Source of the DNA: Marsupella aquatica
Taxonomy: Eukaryota; Plantae; Marchantiophyta
Direction: 5' to 3'
DNA: 64,000 nucleotides
Assembly: GCA_973895155.1 (NCBI GenBank)
Contig: OZ316894.1
Location: forward strand, 19,134,805 to 19,198,804
In this document: positions 34,433-46,887 of the stretch, one piece after another
How the letters are laid out: the number at the start of each line of letters is the position of its first letter
How positions within the stretch are numbered: the first letter of the stretch is position 1
Made by a program: the position numbers and the translations under genes
The notes under the pieces: model-generated
Databases searched by the model: none
Told to the model about the DNA's origin: nothing
What the model saw: only the letters and a program-made list of their open reading frames with translations

Positions 34433-37400
34433 GCTCCACATGCTATCTGACTTTTCTTCAGCCCTCCTTTTGGCTGTGGTCTGGGGGGGATACAGAGGTT
34501 TACACCTCCACTACGTACATACCACCTCAGTTGCTTTTTCTTGGCACTTGTGAATGTGATTGGACTTTTTCTATGCATGTTGGTTGCTAGCAGCTTGCAC
34601 ATATGCATTGCCGGTGACTTGTATGTTTTTGATACACTATGGCTACGATACTATATGTCACGACAGGATGGCACCAAGGCAATAAGGCGAACCTACAAGC
34701 GAGAAACCAGACAAAAATGATCAGAGGCCAAAAGTGGTGGACACGTGTCAGGACGGGAGTGGGGCCGGCCGCATGTGCGGCCACCAAACCCGGAGGAGGC
34801 CCGGGGGCACGAGGTCACTCCCGGCGAGTGACCTCCCAACGGTGAGGCCCACCCGCCAGCATTAAAGCCCCCTGCCCTGCGGGAAGCCCTCCAAGAAAGG
34901 GGGGTGCACACGCGCGGTCCCGCACCCAAACCCCCCGCGCCTCCTCCCGTCACCCTCCGCCTCCGCCTTGCCTCCGCCTCGGATGGAGTTGAGTAGTCTT
35001 CAAAAAGGAACCTTGGTATAGAGTTGCTTGTTAAGATTTTACAAGAGTGCACACATCATGTCCTTGGTATTTTCAGCTTGTTGACTTTACTTGTAACCAC
35101 TCACATAAAAGTTTTAAAGAAAGACTACGCTCAACTATTACTAGTATTTTGCACAACATTCTCAGGAAGCAGTTGTCAAATATCGTACAACCCATGATTT
35201 GCACCAACCCCGAGTTGATTACAGTTGACTTGAAGCTCACAGTGGTCATTTAGAGACTTCAAGTCCTACAGATCTTAATTAATTGAACTCTGATAAACTG
35301 GAATTAAGCTTGAGATTAACTTTTCTCATATAATGTACTTTTTCCTCCGTGGTCCTTGTGTATTTTTCTTTTGATTTCCTTTGTTTTACCCTTTTATTGG
35401 GTTTATTGCCTTTGGGATTATGTCACCCGGGTATGGCTCCTTAGTTCTTCAATTGGCACAAGCACCAGGCTCAATATCAATTCATTGCCCATATGTTACA
35501 TCATAAGTAAACATGATTTTGTTGTGCCAAAGGACTTGTATCAGAGCAATCCACACATATTTCCCTTCTGTCAACCAGGAAGTTCAGGCCAGAAGGAAAG
35601 TATATTAAAGCCTGTTCAACAATTCAATGGCCTTTCAAAGTCTGAGACACGCAGGCTATTGTTTCAGCGCCTCCACCCCCCCTGAGATTGCCAGATCTAG
35701 CAAGTCCTGGAAATTCAGGGCTACAGTCCAAACTAAGGCAACAATTGAGAAACCTTGCCCCAAGGACTAGCTCAAGCATGCCCTAGGCAAAGGCTGGGAG
35801 GGGGGAGGAGAACACTCTGCCAGACTTCTTAAGGAAACATGACATGTAGTAAGCACTCGTTGTAATGCAGGTCCACAAGTCTTGATCTATAAGCACATGT
35901 GCAGCAAGAATAAAATACTGCTTGATATCTTTGAAAATGGAAATGACAGTCAGAAGTCAAATGAGAAGACCAAAGAGCGAACAGATCCTTGGGTCCCAGA
36001 AGGGTTGTCAACCCTTACTTTGGCTGAAAGTTTTAATGACCTAGAGTCTAGCACATGTTTTCACCACCAAGTCTTGGATGAGTTATTTTCACTAGCCTGA
36101 CCACCCATTCTTTGAACATAAATTGCGGGAAAAAGCACAACGTGAAAAAAAAAGATTCATTTGCTTGTTGGCAGTAAGGTCTACTCTAGACAGTAGGCCA
36201 TGACCTCACTCCTGTTTGGAAATTTCTGTTATAGATATCCCACATGTTGACTAGTTGTTAGAGCATCTTTGTGCTTTAGTATATAGTCTATTGTGTTAGG
36301 TGCAGGCTCCCAGAAAGACACTCCAAGAGGACACTTATCCATCTTATGCACTATGTTACAAGTGCGCAGGATATCATTTATTCTTTTCTCCATATATTTG
36401 TGTGCTGCATTACCCTATAAGTGCATTGTAAATTGCTTCTGCACTTCCTGATATGTGTACATGTAATTTCATGCACAATTTCATGCACTTATATAATTTT
36501 CTGCTGCAATTATCAATAAATGCATCTTATGTATATGCAGATAAATGCATGTGTAATCTTATAATCTAAATGAGGGTACATGCTTATTGAGGGTCTACTC
36601 ATGCAAAGAGTATTTTTTGTTGCCTTTGCAGCTTAGTTAGGAAATTAGGTGACAACGTGGTTGGCTTGCACTTACCTGCATAATACACTTATAGATGCTG
36701 CACTTATGCATGTTAGATTGTAGTTACACGCAACGAGGAACAATCATAGGACTTCCCTCGTCTACAACACAACACGTACAAACATAGGAAAACGAGCCCA
36801 GAGAAAACACCAGGAATCATCGCTCTACTTTTGGGATATTGTTCACAAAAATTAATGGCTCAATTACTGATTTGCTTGTCCCCTCGGTTGCATGCATACT
36901 CAAATCTTTCTCGATGATCAGCTGTACTACCATAGAGTACAAGCTGACTGACTTTAGTCAAGAAAAAGTAAATCAAGGTCCCAACCAGAGTCAACCCAGG
37001 CCCACACCAAGCAAAATCGGAGGCAATTAGCAAATGGAATGATTTGAGTATCTTGACTTGGTGATGTAACACAAAAGCTACTTTATTTTACTACTTGATG
37101 AAGGCTTTTAGGAGGGTACCTGCTACATAGGTGCCATAATACCATTAGGGGTGGTCGAAGGTGGTCCATAGGAACCAATATTGTTTTATACATATAGAAA
37201 GTAGCTAAGATGGTGACTCCTTCCTTGCCCTAGGAAGTAGTTCTCTATTACATGCTTGACAGATTTGAATGAACCTTCATATTTTCCGTGATCAAAGGAG
37301 GACTATTAGATCTAGCTAAAGTTTACGACTTCAGTAAGGATTTAGGCCGAAGAATTGAAAATATCTCAAAACTTTTCTTTGTACATTTTGGAAGAGGCTT

Positions 37401-39561
37401 TTCAAGGTAAAAAAATGCAGAGATCGTTATGGCCACAAACTAAGTGCATCCAACTTTCATTCCTAAATGTTTAGAATAGTATTCCATAAAAAAATTCAGG
37501 GAAATGTCTAGAGCAACCTGCATGACTGTATATCACACCGCCACAAAGCAAAAGGCGCTTAACCCTGAGATACAATCCCAAAGGCAGGAGACCCAATAAA
37601 GGAGAGGCAACAAGGGAAATCCCCAGGGAGATCAACAAGCCAAAAAGCCGGAGAGTACTCAGCAGAAGTCTCCTCACCACAAGAACCACAAATGAAAAAG
37701 TAGAGGCAGGAATACCCTAGTTTCTATTATGTCTTCATAAAACATCAGATTTTTTGGGGTAAGGATTGAACTTGAGTAGTACTATATGTTTTCTTTCTTT
37801 AAAGGGAAAACTGCCTTAGAGTAAGCTATACAAGTGGTTTGCAGGCAGGGAAAAGCCCTGGCTTATACTTTTGTAACTTCATATTATTCCTACAACTACC
37901 CACAAGCATCTAAAGTATGGGGCAAAACACATGTGACCCACCTTGGCATAGAACCCATATTATATGCCAAAGCAAATCTAGAACAAAATTGTGGGCGGGG
38001 TTTGAAGTTGAGACCTGCTGGTCAAAGGTCACCCCTGGCCACCTGAGCTGGCCACTAGGCACCACTCATGTGGTTAGTACTGCATATCTTTCTTTTATTG
38101 TCTTATGGAAAATTTAGTGTTAAGTGCTTTTATTGTTAGTAAGAGCATTTTATGTGAGGACACTTTCCAAGACAAACAATAGAGGTCGTTGCAAGCATTT
38201 TGTAGCCAGAATGTGATTGTGATAATTTAGTATTTGGGTTACACTAAATCAGCCCCATCAAATCACAAGGCCACCTCACATGATTTGATGGGGCAGGGGT
38301 CATCAACAAGACAATTCTGGATCCCAAACAAGTATTTGAGTGTTGAATTGAATGCTCTTCCAGACTCCTCATCCTCCTCCTATGACATTATAAGGTCTGA
38401 TATATATATATATGTCTTTGAGACCCAAAGGCTTCTGCTACTAAAAGTTCTACACGCCACTCTAATAGACCAAAAAGCGAGAAATCTTGATGTCTACTGA
38501 TAGAATTACTACATTTCCAGATCTAAAACCAAGGGAGAACCAAAAAAAGGAGAGAACTGAGTATTCAGGTTTTGGATGGGGTTGTAGATGTGCAGGGCGT
38601 CCCAAACCCGGGGGCTGGGTTCTTAACGCCAGGCGGCGTTAACCACAGGTTCTGGGAAATCCTGTAACTCATATATGTTTTGTCATTCTGGATCTGGTAT
38701 GTCATGGGCTTTTCTGACATTTTGATGTATCACTCAAGACAAATGAAAGGACAAAGGTTACTTTCTGGTTTTGGAAGCAGCATAGACAGAGACTAAATCA
38801 GTGGCAATGTTGTCGGACACCAGAAGGCTTGATTTCTGTGCCCTGGAAAATATGTGGAGCCTCCACTTGGCGACTATTGCTCATCCTCAAATGTCTACAG
38901 TAGACCATTATCTATCTTTTCAATTTTGAAAGACAATTTTTAATAAGAGGAAAGTGCTCGGGAGTTTCACCCGTGCAACTGCCTAGATTAAGTGCACACG
39001 AATAAAGTGACAACTGCTTTGTGGAGATTTTCGAAACCAACTAAACCTACTGTTACAGTAGCACTTTAACTACACCCTTCACCCCAACTAGTGTTAGTAT
39101 CGAATTAATGTGAGTGGGAAATTAGCGCTAATAAGATATGAGGGCAATAGGGGTTTTTACACTAGTTGAATCATGCTAGCGCCAAGAATTTCCATGCTGA
39201 ACCTGAAGCAGCCACCTTCTTTCCATGTAAATGAACCAATTGCGTAAAATTCATGATTACTGATATTGAGTTACCACTAATCCATCAATGTGACCAATAT
39301 TTCAGTGAAATTAGTGTAACACTAATTGCAGTGAACAGTTCTCTTTTCTAGACAAAAAGTTAACAGCTGGAAGGCATGATTGTGTATTTCACTTACTAGC
39401 CTGGATGCCTGAGCTTTGCTCTTAAACAGATAGTGATAACCAACAAGATTACCAACCATGTCCGTTTTCAATTTCAATTCATCCCAACTGGCCTGTGCCC
39501 TCAAAGTCACCATCTAGAGGCTTCTCAGAATGTTGGTTGATATTGCACTAGATAGATTGAC

Positions 39562-39866
39562 CTGGGGGCCTCACTCTAAAGGGGCTCTCATATCAGACTC
39601 AACTTTTTTTTGCTATTAAACACCCTAAAAAAAAAAAAATAATAATAATTTTAAAGCTATGTTTCTACCCCTATATTTCTGGAATATTCTAAAAATATTT
39701 CCAAATTTTTTTCTAAAACCATATCTTTTCTTTTAATTCTCAAAATTGCATTTTAAAACCTTAATGTTCTTCTACAGAAATTTCAAGGTATTCTTCTTAA
39801 CTCAATAAACAAACACTATACTTATTTTGGCGTGTTGGGTAGAAAGGAATAAGTGAGGACCCGGAA
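39562..39866. mobile_element. Diverged copy of the CTCGGGGG-TIR MITE family
   Basis: Ends CTGGGGGCCTCACT...AAGTGAGGACCCGGAA. Internal blocks ACCCCTATA...GGAATATTCT and TCTCAAAATTG...TGTTCTTCTACA match the copy at 57024. Flanks AGATTGAC/GGATTGAC give a 7/8 TSD. Confidence 0.75.
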
Positions 39867-40250
39867 GGATTGACTGAATCAAATGAGAAGAATGAGGCTG
39901 TCAGCAATTTGACAGGCTGGGTTTCTTGGGCAAGGTTTCCATCGTTAGAAAAAGTAGATGAAACAAGCAAAAAATCCTTACTGAAATATTGGGGCTTCGC
40001 AAGAACTTGTAGAGAGGGACTCATTTTTTGCCCATGTCTAAGATGCAATTGTAACCAATCAAAGGTTGGAATACGCCCAACTTCACTTTACATGAACTTG
40101 GGAGCACACTCTGGCAAACCCGTTACCTATCCTAGTCACCTCCTTGTGTGACCCTTGTGGGTCCCTGTTTTGGTGATGTCACCATGCTTTTTTTTTATCA
40201 AAACCTTAGACAACCTCTTGCGGTGATATAAAGAATGAACGTTGTTAGGT

Positions 40251-40372
40251 TTTACTCTATTGAATTTGTTTGGCCCTCATGAATAAACAGTTGGTACTCT
40301 TTTACTTGGTCTTTACTCTATTGAATTTGTTTGGCCCTCATGAATAAACAGTTGGTACTCTTTTACTTGGTC
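40251..40372. repeat. Perfect 61-bp tandem duplication
   Basis: TTTACTCTATTGAATTTGTTTGGCCCTCATGAATAAACAGTTGGTACTCTTTTACTTGGTC at 40251 and 40312. Confidence 0.9.
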
Positions 40373-42329
40373 CAATTCTGTTAAGGATCTCGCATGTAAT
40401 TTCTCCAGACCTTACAAATTTTGGCTCAGGCATTGTAAATGGAGTGTATGCTACTGGCTACTTGATTGCAATGGGTGTACAGGTATGATTTGTGTCTTAG
40501 AGTTCTTGTAACCCCTATAGTGAACTTAAGAGCAATCACTGCTACATCGCAAAATTGATATGGAATACAATGAGTTTCAATATGGAAACTCAATTTTGTT
40601 GGTTAATTAAGTCTGAGGGTTATTATACATTTCTATTATTTACATGTATTGTTTGAGTGGGCTTTAAAAGTAGATGTTTGGACCACCATGTTAGATCAAG
40701 GCCACACTGAGATCTTCTGTTTTCATGAGGAAGAGGGAAATTAACCCAAATGAGGGGTTCAAGAAACAACGCCAAAGAGGGAAATCCCCCGGGAAATCCT
40801 TCAAAATTGAGACATAGAGGGGAGCTTGTTGAATGATGGTATAAATAAGTTATTATTTCATAGTGGAGATTGGTAGGACTTGGTAGGAATTTAAAGAAAG
40901 GAAAGAAAGTTGGTCCCAACTTCCCCCAATCCATGTTAGGAAAGATATTGCACAGCACATCATCTCAAAAAATTTGTGTACAGTAAGAAATTGACATCGG
41001 TACATAGTGATTACGTTCACCCAGTCTGGGCTACATCCACGGCCAAGAAGAGAATCACTATCAATGCACAAACAAGTACATCTGCCATGATAACCTGACA
41101 AGCTCACAAGTTGCTTGATGACATTCCTCTTCTCTCCCTCTCAATCTCTACTCTTGAATTGAAACTGATATCTAAATATGAGCACAATGAAGTGCTCTCA
41201 CAAGGGTATACCCTAACTTCTCCACTGATCTAACCCCAAAAACCGTCCACCATGGTTGAGCTGCTCCGTAGCTAGTTCACCTAACCAGGTGCTAGAGTTA
41301 TGTACCAACAACCCAGGGTTTGATCAAACCCAGAGACCAAACAATGATTCCTTGGGTGATTTTTTTGGGGTGTCTTGCATGCGGTTGCAATGATTGTGGG
41401 AAGAAGCAATTGATGTCACATTTGCAAGAAAATTGTTGCTTTTGCAAATGGATTGGATGAACCATCATAAGAGGAAAATATCAAGTTTCTCTTGGCATCT
41501 CAAAGGCAGTGAGGGCAATGAGCCTATTTGATCTCACTATTGCCAATTTCATCCCCATCATCCCCGCCCTCATCCAGCCATTTGGCTTTGACTAGTGAAT
41601 ATTGAGTAAACAACTGCTACTCAAAGATATATAGTATGCACAGTGCGCCGTCTAATAAACACAAAAGTAGTTGACATAAAAGATAAGTGGTTCAAGTTTC
41701 TAGAGGTTATGTGCACATGATTACACAAAAGAGTTCAAATCAAATAAAGCATGATCACAGAGCATCTAAAATTGTACAACAGAATCACATAAAGTTTTAA
41801 CTTATAAACCTACTTAACAAGTAGGAAAAAAGAACTTTGGAATCTTTTTTAATATTTGATGTGATTACATTTGGACGGCAAAACTCCATTAAAACTGATT
41901 TTTTAATCTTTGTCATTGAGGGACGGGCACATACCAATGATGTTTTTCTAGCAATTCTTGGCTTGTTAGAAAGCTCCAAAACACTGGAAAATATTTTGCT
42001 TAATTAATGGGTATTCCATTCAACCAACTACATTTTTACATTCCAAGAAGGCTCAGATGGGAAACCGACCTTGATCAATAGAAAACCTGTCATGGCCTGA
42101 GTGGCCCAGGTTTGACATACCCCCCTTACAGCCATGGGTTATCATATACACATAAAAGAGTGACCTGTGTCTCTTGTATTTGCTAGGTGGGGCATAATTG
42201 TCCTGGTTGTCAATGAATGCGGTCTGGGTTTGGACTTGCCCGAAAAAGAGAGGCTTTAGAGTTTGTCAACCGACAACTCATCACCCAGACCGTCCCAGCT
42301 GCCTGATCTTGAATTCCCAGCCCTTCCTG

Positions 42330-42545
42330 GCCCGGCCATGACCTCCTGTCCGTGGCCCCAGCTGGCTCACAACCTGCCCCGACCTGGCCCGACCCCAGCT
42401 GTCCCAGGCCCGACCCCAGCTGTCCCAGCCCCAACCCCGGCCTGTCCCAGCCTATCCCGGCCCGCTCCTGGCCTATCCCGGCCCGATCCCGGCCTGTCCC
42501 GGCCTGTCCCGGCCTGTCCCGGCCCCGCACCCGGCCCGGCCTGGG
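42330..42545. repeat. GC-rich ~10-bp minisatellite, likely subterminal repeats of a DNA-transposon remnant
   Basis: Reiterated GGCCTGTCCC / GGCCCGACCC / AGCTGTCCCA units. Confidence 0.75.
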
Positions 42546-43899
42546 GAATAACAGGGAATATCCAAATTTTGGGCCGATTTCCGCCCAGCAAGTGAGGAGT
42601 TTACGTGCCCAGCAACTCGGCAAGTTGCCCGTCACTATAAACCTGGGATACGGTGCACTGAGATAGAACTGCCGATGTTGGGTATGACCTGGACACATAA
42701 GATACAAAGCATGTAAAATAAGTAATCACCGTACATGATTAGAGTTACTTAAAGCCCTTCCTCGTGGGCATTGTCACATGTTGGAATTCCTTGGGGCTGA
42801 AAGCTTTTGTGCTTTCATTTGAGGCAGTGCCCCTATGGAAGGGCTTTACCTTACAATAAACCAACCCTTCCAGCCCAGATGACCAGTTTCATCAAGAAAA
42901 AGCAGGCCTGCTCGGGGGACATGCGATCTAACAGAATACCCCTTCAAAACAAACTAAGTATTTAATTGTCCAGCTGAAATTAAAACTTTGACACTATTCA
43001 CTGAATTATCTCTGAATTAGCATCTGTTCATATTTAACCCTAGCAACCCTTATTTGATAGTGGGGCTAGATTTACTACAAAATAGCAATAACAATATATG
43101 GTGGATATTATTACTAATGCTATCTGGGTTGCAATTCCATGATGGAGAGTAAATCCCATTCGTCAAGTCCTATGGTTATTGCACTATCCCAATATTCCGT
43201 CATGTTCTCTCTTGCTCAAGATCTTGCTATTGCAAACATGCACAATGTGTATGGTAGTCCGTGTAATGTGTCTCTCTTCATGATTCTGAGTACTTTAGTT
43301 TTGTTACCCTCCAAATAGTGTTTTGCACACATGAAAATAACATTACCCTATTTATTTGATGCACACATTATAAGTGTTAGTCCAAGAGTAACATTGTTAA
43401 TTTTAATTAAAGTTAACAGAAAAAGGAGTCACATAAATTATATTACAAAAACCAATTAGGGTTAACAATATAGGAGACGACAGGACTGCCCCTGCCGGGA
43501 CTTGTCCTCTAGTGTGGAGTAAATTGTTCAGACATGCAGTGTCTTTTTAAGCTATAATGCAAATAATGTCATAAGAATTTTGATTTCTTCTAGATTTAGC
43601 ATTTTAGCCTGGTAAACATAATAAACATTTTGTCTATGAAGCCTAGATGGCTGGCAAAGCTTAGATGGACTTGCTCATAATAATTAAACTCAAACACTAT
43701 CTACAATTTTGACTAACATGTGAATTGTAAAGAGTCTTAACAGTCTTCTTCCTATTTGCAGCTGGTTTCAATTACATTACTGGACTGGTCTCCTTGGTAA
43801 TTTGATGTGTTTACGACCTTGAACCTGAAAGACGTCAAGACATCATGCCATTACTCAGGATCACCATGACATCTTGACTACTTTCTCCCCAAGGTAGTC

Positions 43900-44470
43900 A
43901 AAGTCGTCAACTGCGATCCGCAGCTGGTTCCTTTTTCCTTTCGGTGTATGAGCGATGATTGCTTTAATCATGTAGTCCATGGGGATGGGCAGGGACAATG
44001 TCTTGATCCATCTGGGATTTTTCTCATTTTATATCAAAATACAATAATATGCATGCAAAATTGTTTCCAATTTTACAAAAGTAATGCAAAAGTTTGGAAA
44101 CTGAAGTCCTGATGTACCTGATAGTTTGACATAATGCAAGGATGGACCCCAGAAATACCTTGTTTGTCCTTAGATGCACTGTTAAATCCATACTTTTCAG
44201 GTCAGCAGTAAGGGTTGCAAGGGGTGTGGGAGTAGTCCATCCATGCATAACTTTCAAAAGTTAGATCTCATTTTTCAGTTCAAAAACAGCAGTAAATCAA
44301 TTTTTATATCCAAAGGCTTAAATGTCAAAGGTAGCTTCTCAGAAACCTATGGAATCAAAAAGTATGGGAAAGTATGGACAGAATGATTGAGTATATAATC
44401 TGTAGAACTTCAGAACCCGAGGTATATGCTTGATGGGCCCCTACAAAACTTTTGTTACAATCAGGCACCT
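43900..44470 (-). mobile_element. Possible highly degraded hAT (DUF659-like) transposase remnant
   Basis: Minus-strand VMHGWT...LKSMDLT resembles the hAT I(M)SDGW...FLKSID segment. The frame is disrupted. Confidence 0.25.
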
Positions 44471-45479
44471 CACAAAAATGGTTTTACAAGCTAGGCTGCC
44501 CTAAGTAGGTCCCATACACACCCGCATACACATGGTTCTTGTGTGGTACCTCACTTAATGATCAACGATACATTTCCCACCGCACTTCATCGCGCGTCGC
44601 ATCATAGTCCATCGCCTGTACGTCTATGATTGAAGGTATAATTCACATGAATATAGAGTTTTAGGGGATCCATCCCTACATGATAGCAGGTCTAGTTCTT
44701 GTAGGCTAGCAAAATTTACCCCCGTCAATGATTGACTCTGTGTTGTCTTTGTTTTACACTTACACAATTTTTGAAAGTTGCAACAAGGGCAAACAATTAG
44801 AAGTAAAAGATCCTTGGTCCATTCCATGCTTAGACAAATTTGGGGTCTAAATGTAAGAAGACAACATCTATGTTGTCTTTGTTCCACACTTTGGATAATT
44901 TTTTAAGCATTGCAATAAGGCCCAATGGCCAAAAGTAGATGATTCATTCCATACTTAAACAAAAGAACAAAGAGACACGCTCAAAACATCTTGCCAATCC
45001 TTTGCATAGCAACCTAATGATAAACAGTATGGTCAAAATCCAAACCTAAAGTCATGACCATATTGTATTCACTTGGGAACTTGTAGCTTGCACAATGGCT
45101 GCCACTACTCCATGGTTCCCCCCACGTTATAGTTTTTCATTCAAGACGGTTGACTCTATATTCCATGGTAGTTCTTATTGATGATAATATCAAGTTATAA
45201 CTCCTATATAGGAACTGTTACAAGAACATCTGACACAAAAGTGTCAAGAGTGGCCTAGTTTCCAACAAAAGTCTCATAAATTTGGTTTGATAGGGGTCTC
45301 ATCAAGCATATACCTCTCACAACCCTATAAATTCTTCAGGAAAACTAAAGATATTAGACTACTTGGAAAGATCTCTCCAATACTCTTCTAATTAGCCCAA
45401 GAATAGACTATTCCAGTAGATATCAGGCCAGATCAATAGGTCAGAAAGTGGTCAATGAGTGAAGGTTGTAAACGGTGTC

Positions 45480-45945
45480 AGAGTCCATGGGGTTGCATGA
45501 TTCACTTGCTTTGGTCCATGATTGAGAGCATTAAAAAACAGTAGTTAACACAATTGTTTCTAATATATCTGAATTATTCTTAAAATACTCATTCTCAATC
45601 CACTTTCACAAAAAAATTCTACTATAAGTTTGAGAGCATTAAAAAACAGTAGTTTGAAATCATTGTTTCTAGTTTAGTAATATATTTGGATTATTCCTAA
45701 AATAGGCACTCTAAATTTTTTCCCACTTTCACAAAAATTATCGACTGTCAGTTTGGTGGGAGTGTGATCAATAATTTATTTTACAGTCCATGGGTTGCAT
45801 GCTTCACCTGCTTTTGTCCATGGGACCATAAAAAAAAGGTTTGAATTCAGTGTTTCTATTTTAGTAATATATTTGGATCGCTCCCCAAAGACGCCATTCT
45901 AAACTCGTTCCCACTTTTACAAAAACTACGTGCTGTAAGTCTGGT
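45480..45945. repeat. Three diverged ~110-160 bp direct repeats upstream of the VQ gene
   Basis: TGTTTCTA...TAATATAT.TG.AT...CCACTTT.ACAAAAA occurs three times; GTCCATGGG.TTGCATG.TTCAC.TGCTTT.GTCCATG occurs twice. Confidence 0.75.
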
Positions 45946-46071
45946 CAATTTTTGTCCGTTTTTGTCATTGGGAGTCAAAAGCACAATTTAATAATATATT
46001 TTCCGCCGATCGCCCCTACGAAGACCCCGCTTAGTCTTCCATAGGGAAGGAAGACTTGGCCCTCGCCGCGT
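45943..46071. promoter_or_regulatory. Candidate W-boxes and a CGCG box upstream of the VQ gene
   Basis: Reverse W-boxes GGTCAA (45943) and AGTCAA (45973), and CCGCGT (46066). VQ proteins are known WRKY partners, but these short motifs occur by chance. Confidence 0.25.
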
Positions 46072-46822
46072 CGAGCGACAACACCATAACCAGGCTCTTC
46101 ACTCACTGCAATAAAAGCGCACCTCGCGGGCCAGTCTCCCTAAATCATTCGCGGAGGCGAGCAATCCGCACTGCACTGCACACTGCAGCACTTGATCTGA
46201 GGCTGTGAGATTGGGAGCGCGAGGTAGATTATTAGAGACACGAAATCATTTGGGTTTGAGTGATTGCAAAGCCTTTCACTCACTCGCTCACTCACTACTT
46301 GCGCTGAAGACAACTTACAGTAAAACATTCGCACGAAAAGGTGTGGTGCACGATTCAGGTCCGGCGGGATTTCTGCCTGCCTGTCAGCAGCTGGGCACGA
46401 AGGAAGGAAGGAAGGAAGTCTTCAAGGTGGAGTCGAGAGGGAGAGGGGAGAGGGTGACGAAACGTACTGCAGCAGTCAGTGAGGTCGAGAGGATTCGTAC
46501 GAGAACACTGGAAACCAAACCTCGGTGGATAGGCGTGGAAGGAGGAGGAGGAGGAAGAGCTGAGGAGAGTGGAAAGCTCATCACTCGTACGGCGGGTGGA
46601 GAGGAAGACAGTGACCTCGATCTGTGGGCTGAACCAGTACATCAGCGGTGAAGTCAACCAGAGAGAGTTTCAGTGCATCGATTAGGGCGGGTTTTCAGAG
46701 CTCGAGAAGGTTTTAACAGAAGATTCAATCGAAGTTGGATTTTTGAAGTTAAGCTAGCGAAGTGGGTTGTGCCCATACGAGCGAGCGAGCGAGCTAGCAA
46801 GCAAGGAAGCAGGCAAGGTGGG

Positions 46823-46854
46823 GAAGTGAAGTGAAGTGAAGTGAAGTGAAGTGA
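46823..46854. repeat. (GAAGT)n pentanucleotide microsatellite just upstream of the VQ ATG
   Basis: About 6 perfect GAAGT units. Confidence 0.9.
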
Positions 46855-46887
46855 TTTGAAGGCGGGCCTGTCCTTCAGAAATCGAAG

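Larger units (their letters stand above)
27326..34450 (+). pseudogene. Gag-Pol polyprotein (2375 codons in one frame) with two in-frame stops
   Basis: ORFs 27140-27526, 27557-33052 and 33110-34450 share one frame, separated only by TAG (27524-26) and TAA (33050-52). Zinc knuckles CNYCGNPNHKANEC (28202) and CDFCGKVGHLEAVC (28268); protease LDTGA (~29510); RT RMCGDYRPLN, MPFGLKNAP, YIDD (32078); RNase H HTDWS...YEGECLAVVWA...YTDHQPL; integrase HSELGH..CEQC plus D(DLAG)-D(TDQG)-E(GLAER). Confidence 0.92.
25540..35000 (+). mobile_element. Ty3/Gypsy-type retroelement carrying a DNMT3-like methyltransferase and a PHD finger; termini approximate, no LTR pair found
   Basis: Domain order Gag-PR-[C5 MTase]-RT-RH-INT-[PHD] is the Ty3/Gypsy order. 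The CpG-rich structured flanks (25540-27325 and 34650-34990) were used as the approximate limits. Confidence 0.85.

Noticed and set aside
27326-34450. DIRS-type element with the usual DIRS methyltransferase
   Set aside because: It has a protease and a DDE integrase and no tyrosine recombinase. The MTase has C5-cytosine motifs, not the DAM-like adenine MTase of DIRS.
34656-34700. TGTCACG... as the start of a 3' LTR
   Set aside because: It is not directly preceded by a polypurine tract and there is no matching copy at the 5' side.
35830-36110. hAT C-terminal dimerisation remnant (RLVDLHYN); also a SWIM-like GIP..EH near 41190-41240
   Set aside because: The motifs are too short and disrupted to support a call without a profile search.
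42210-42707. Gly/Pro/Arg-rich ORFs on both strands
   Set aside because: These are artefacts of the GC-rich minisatellite.
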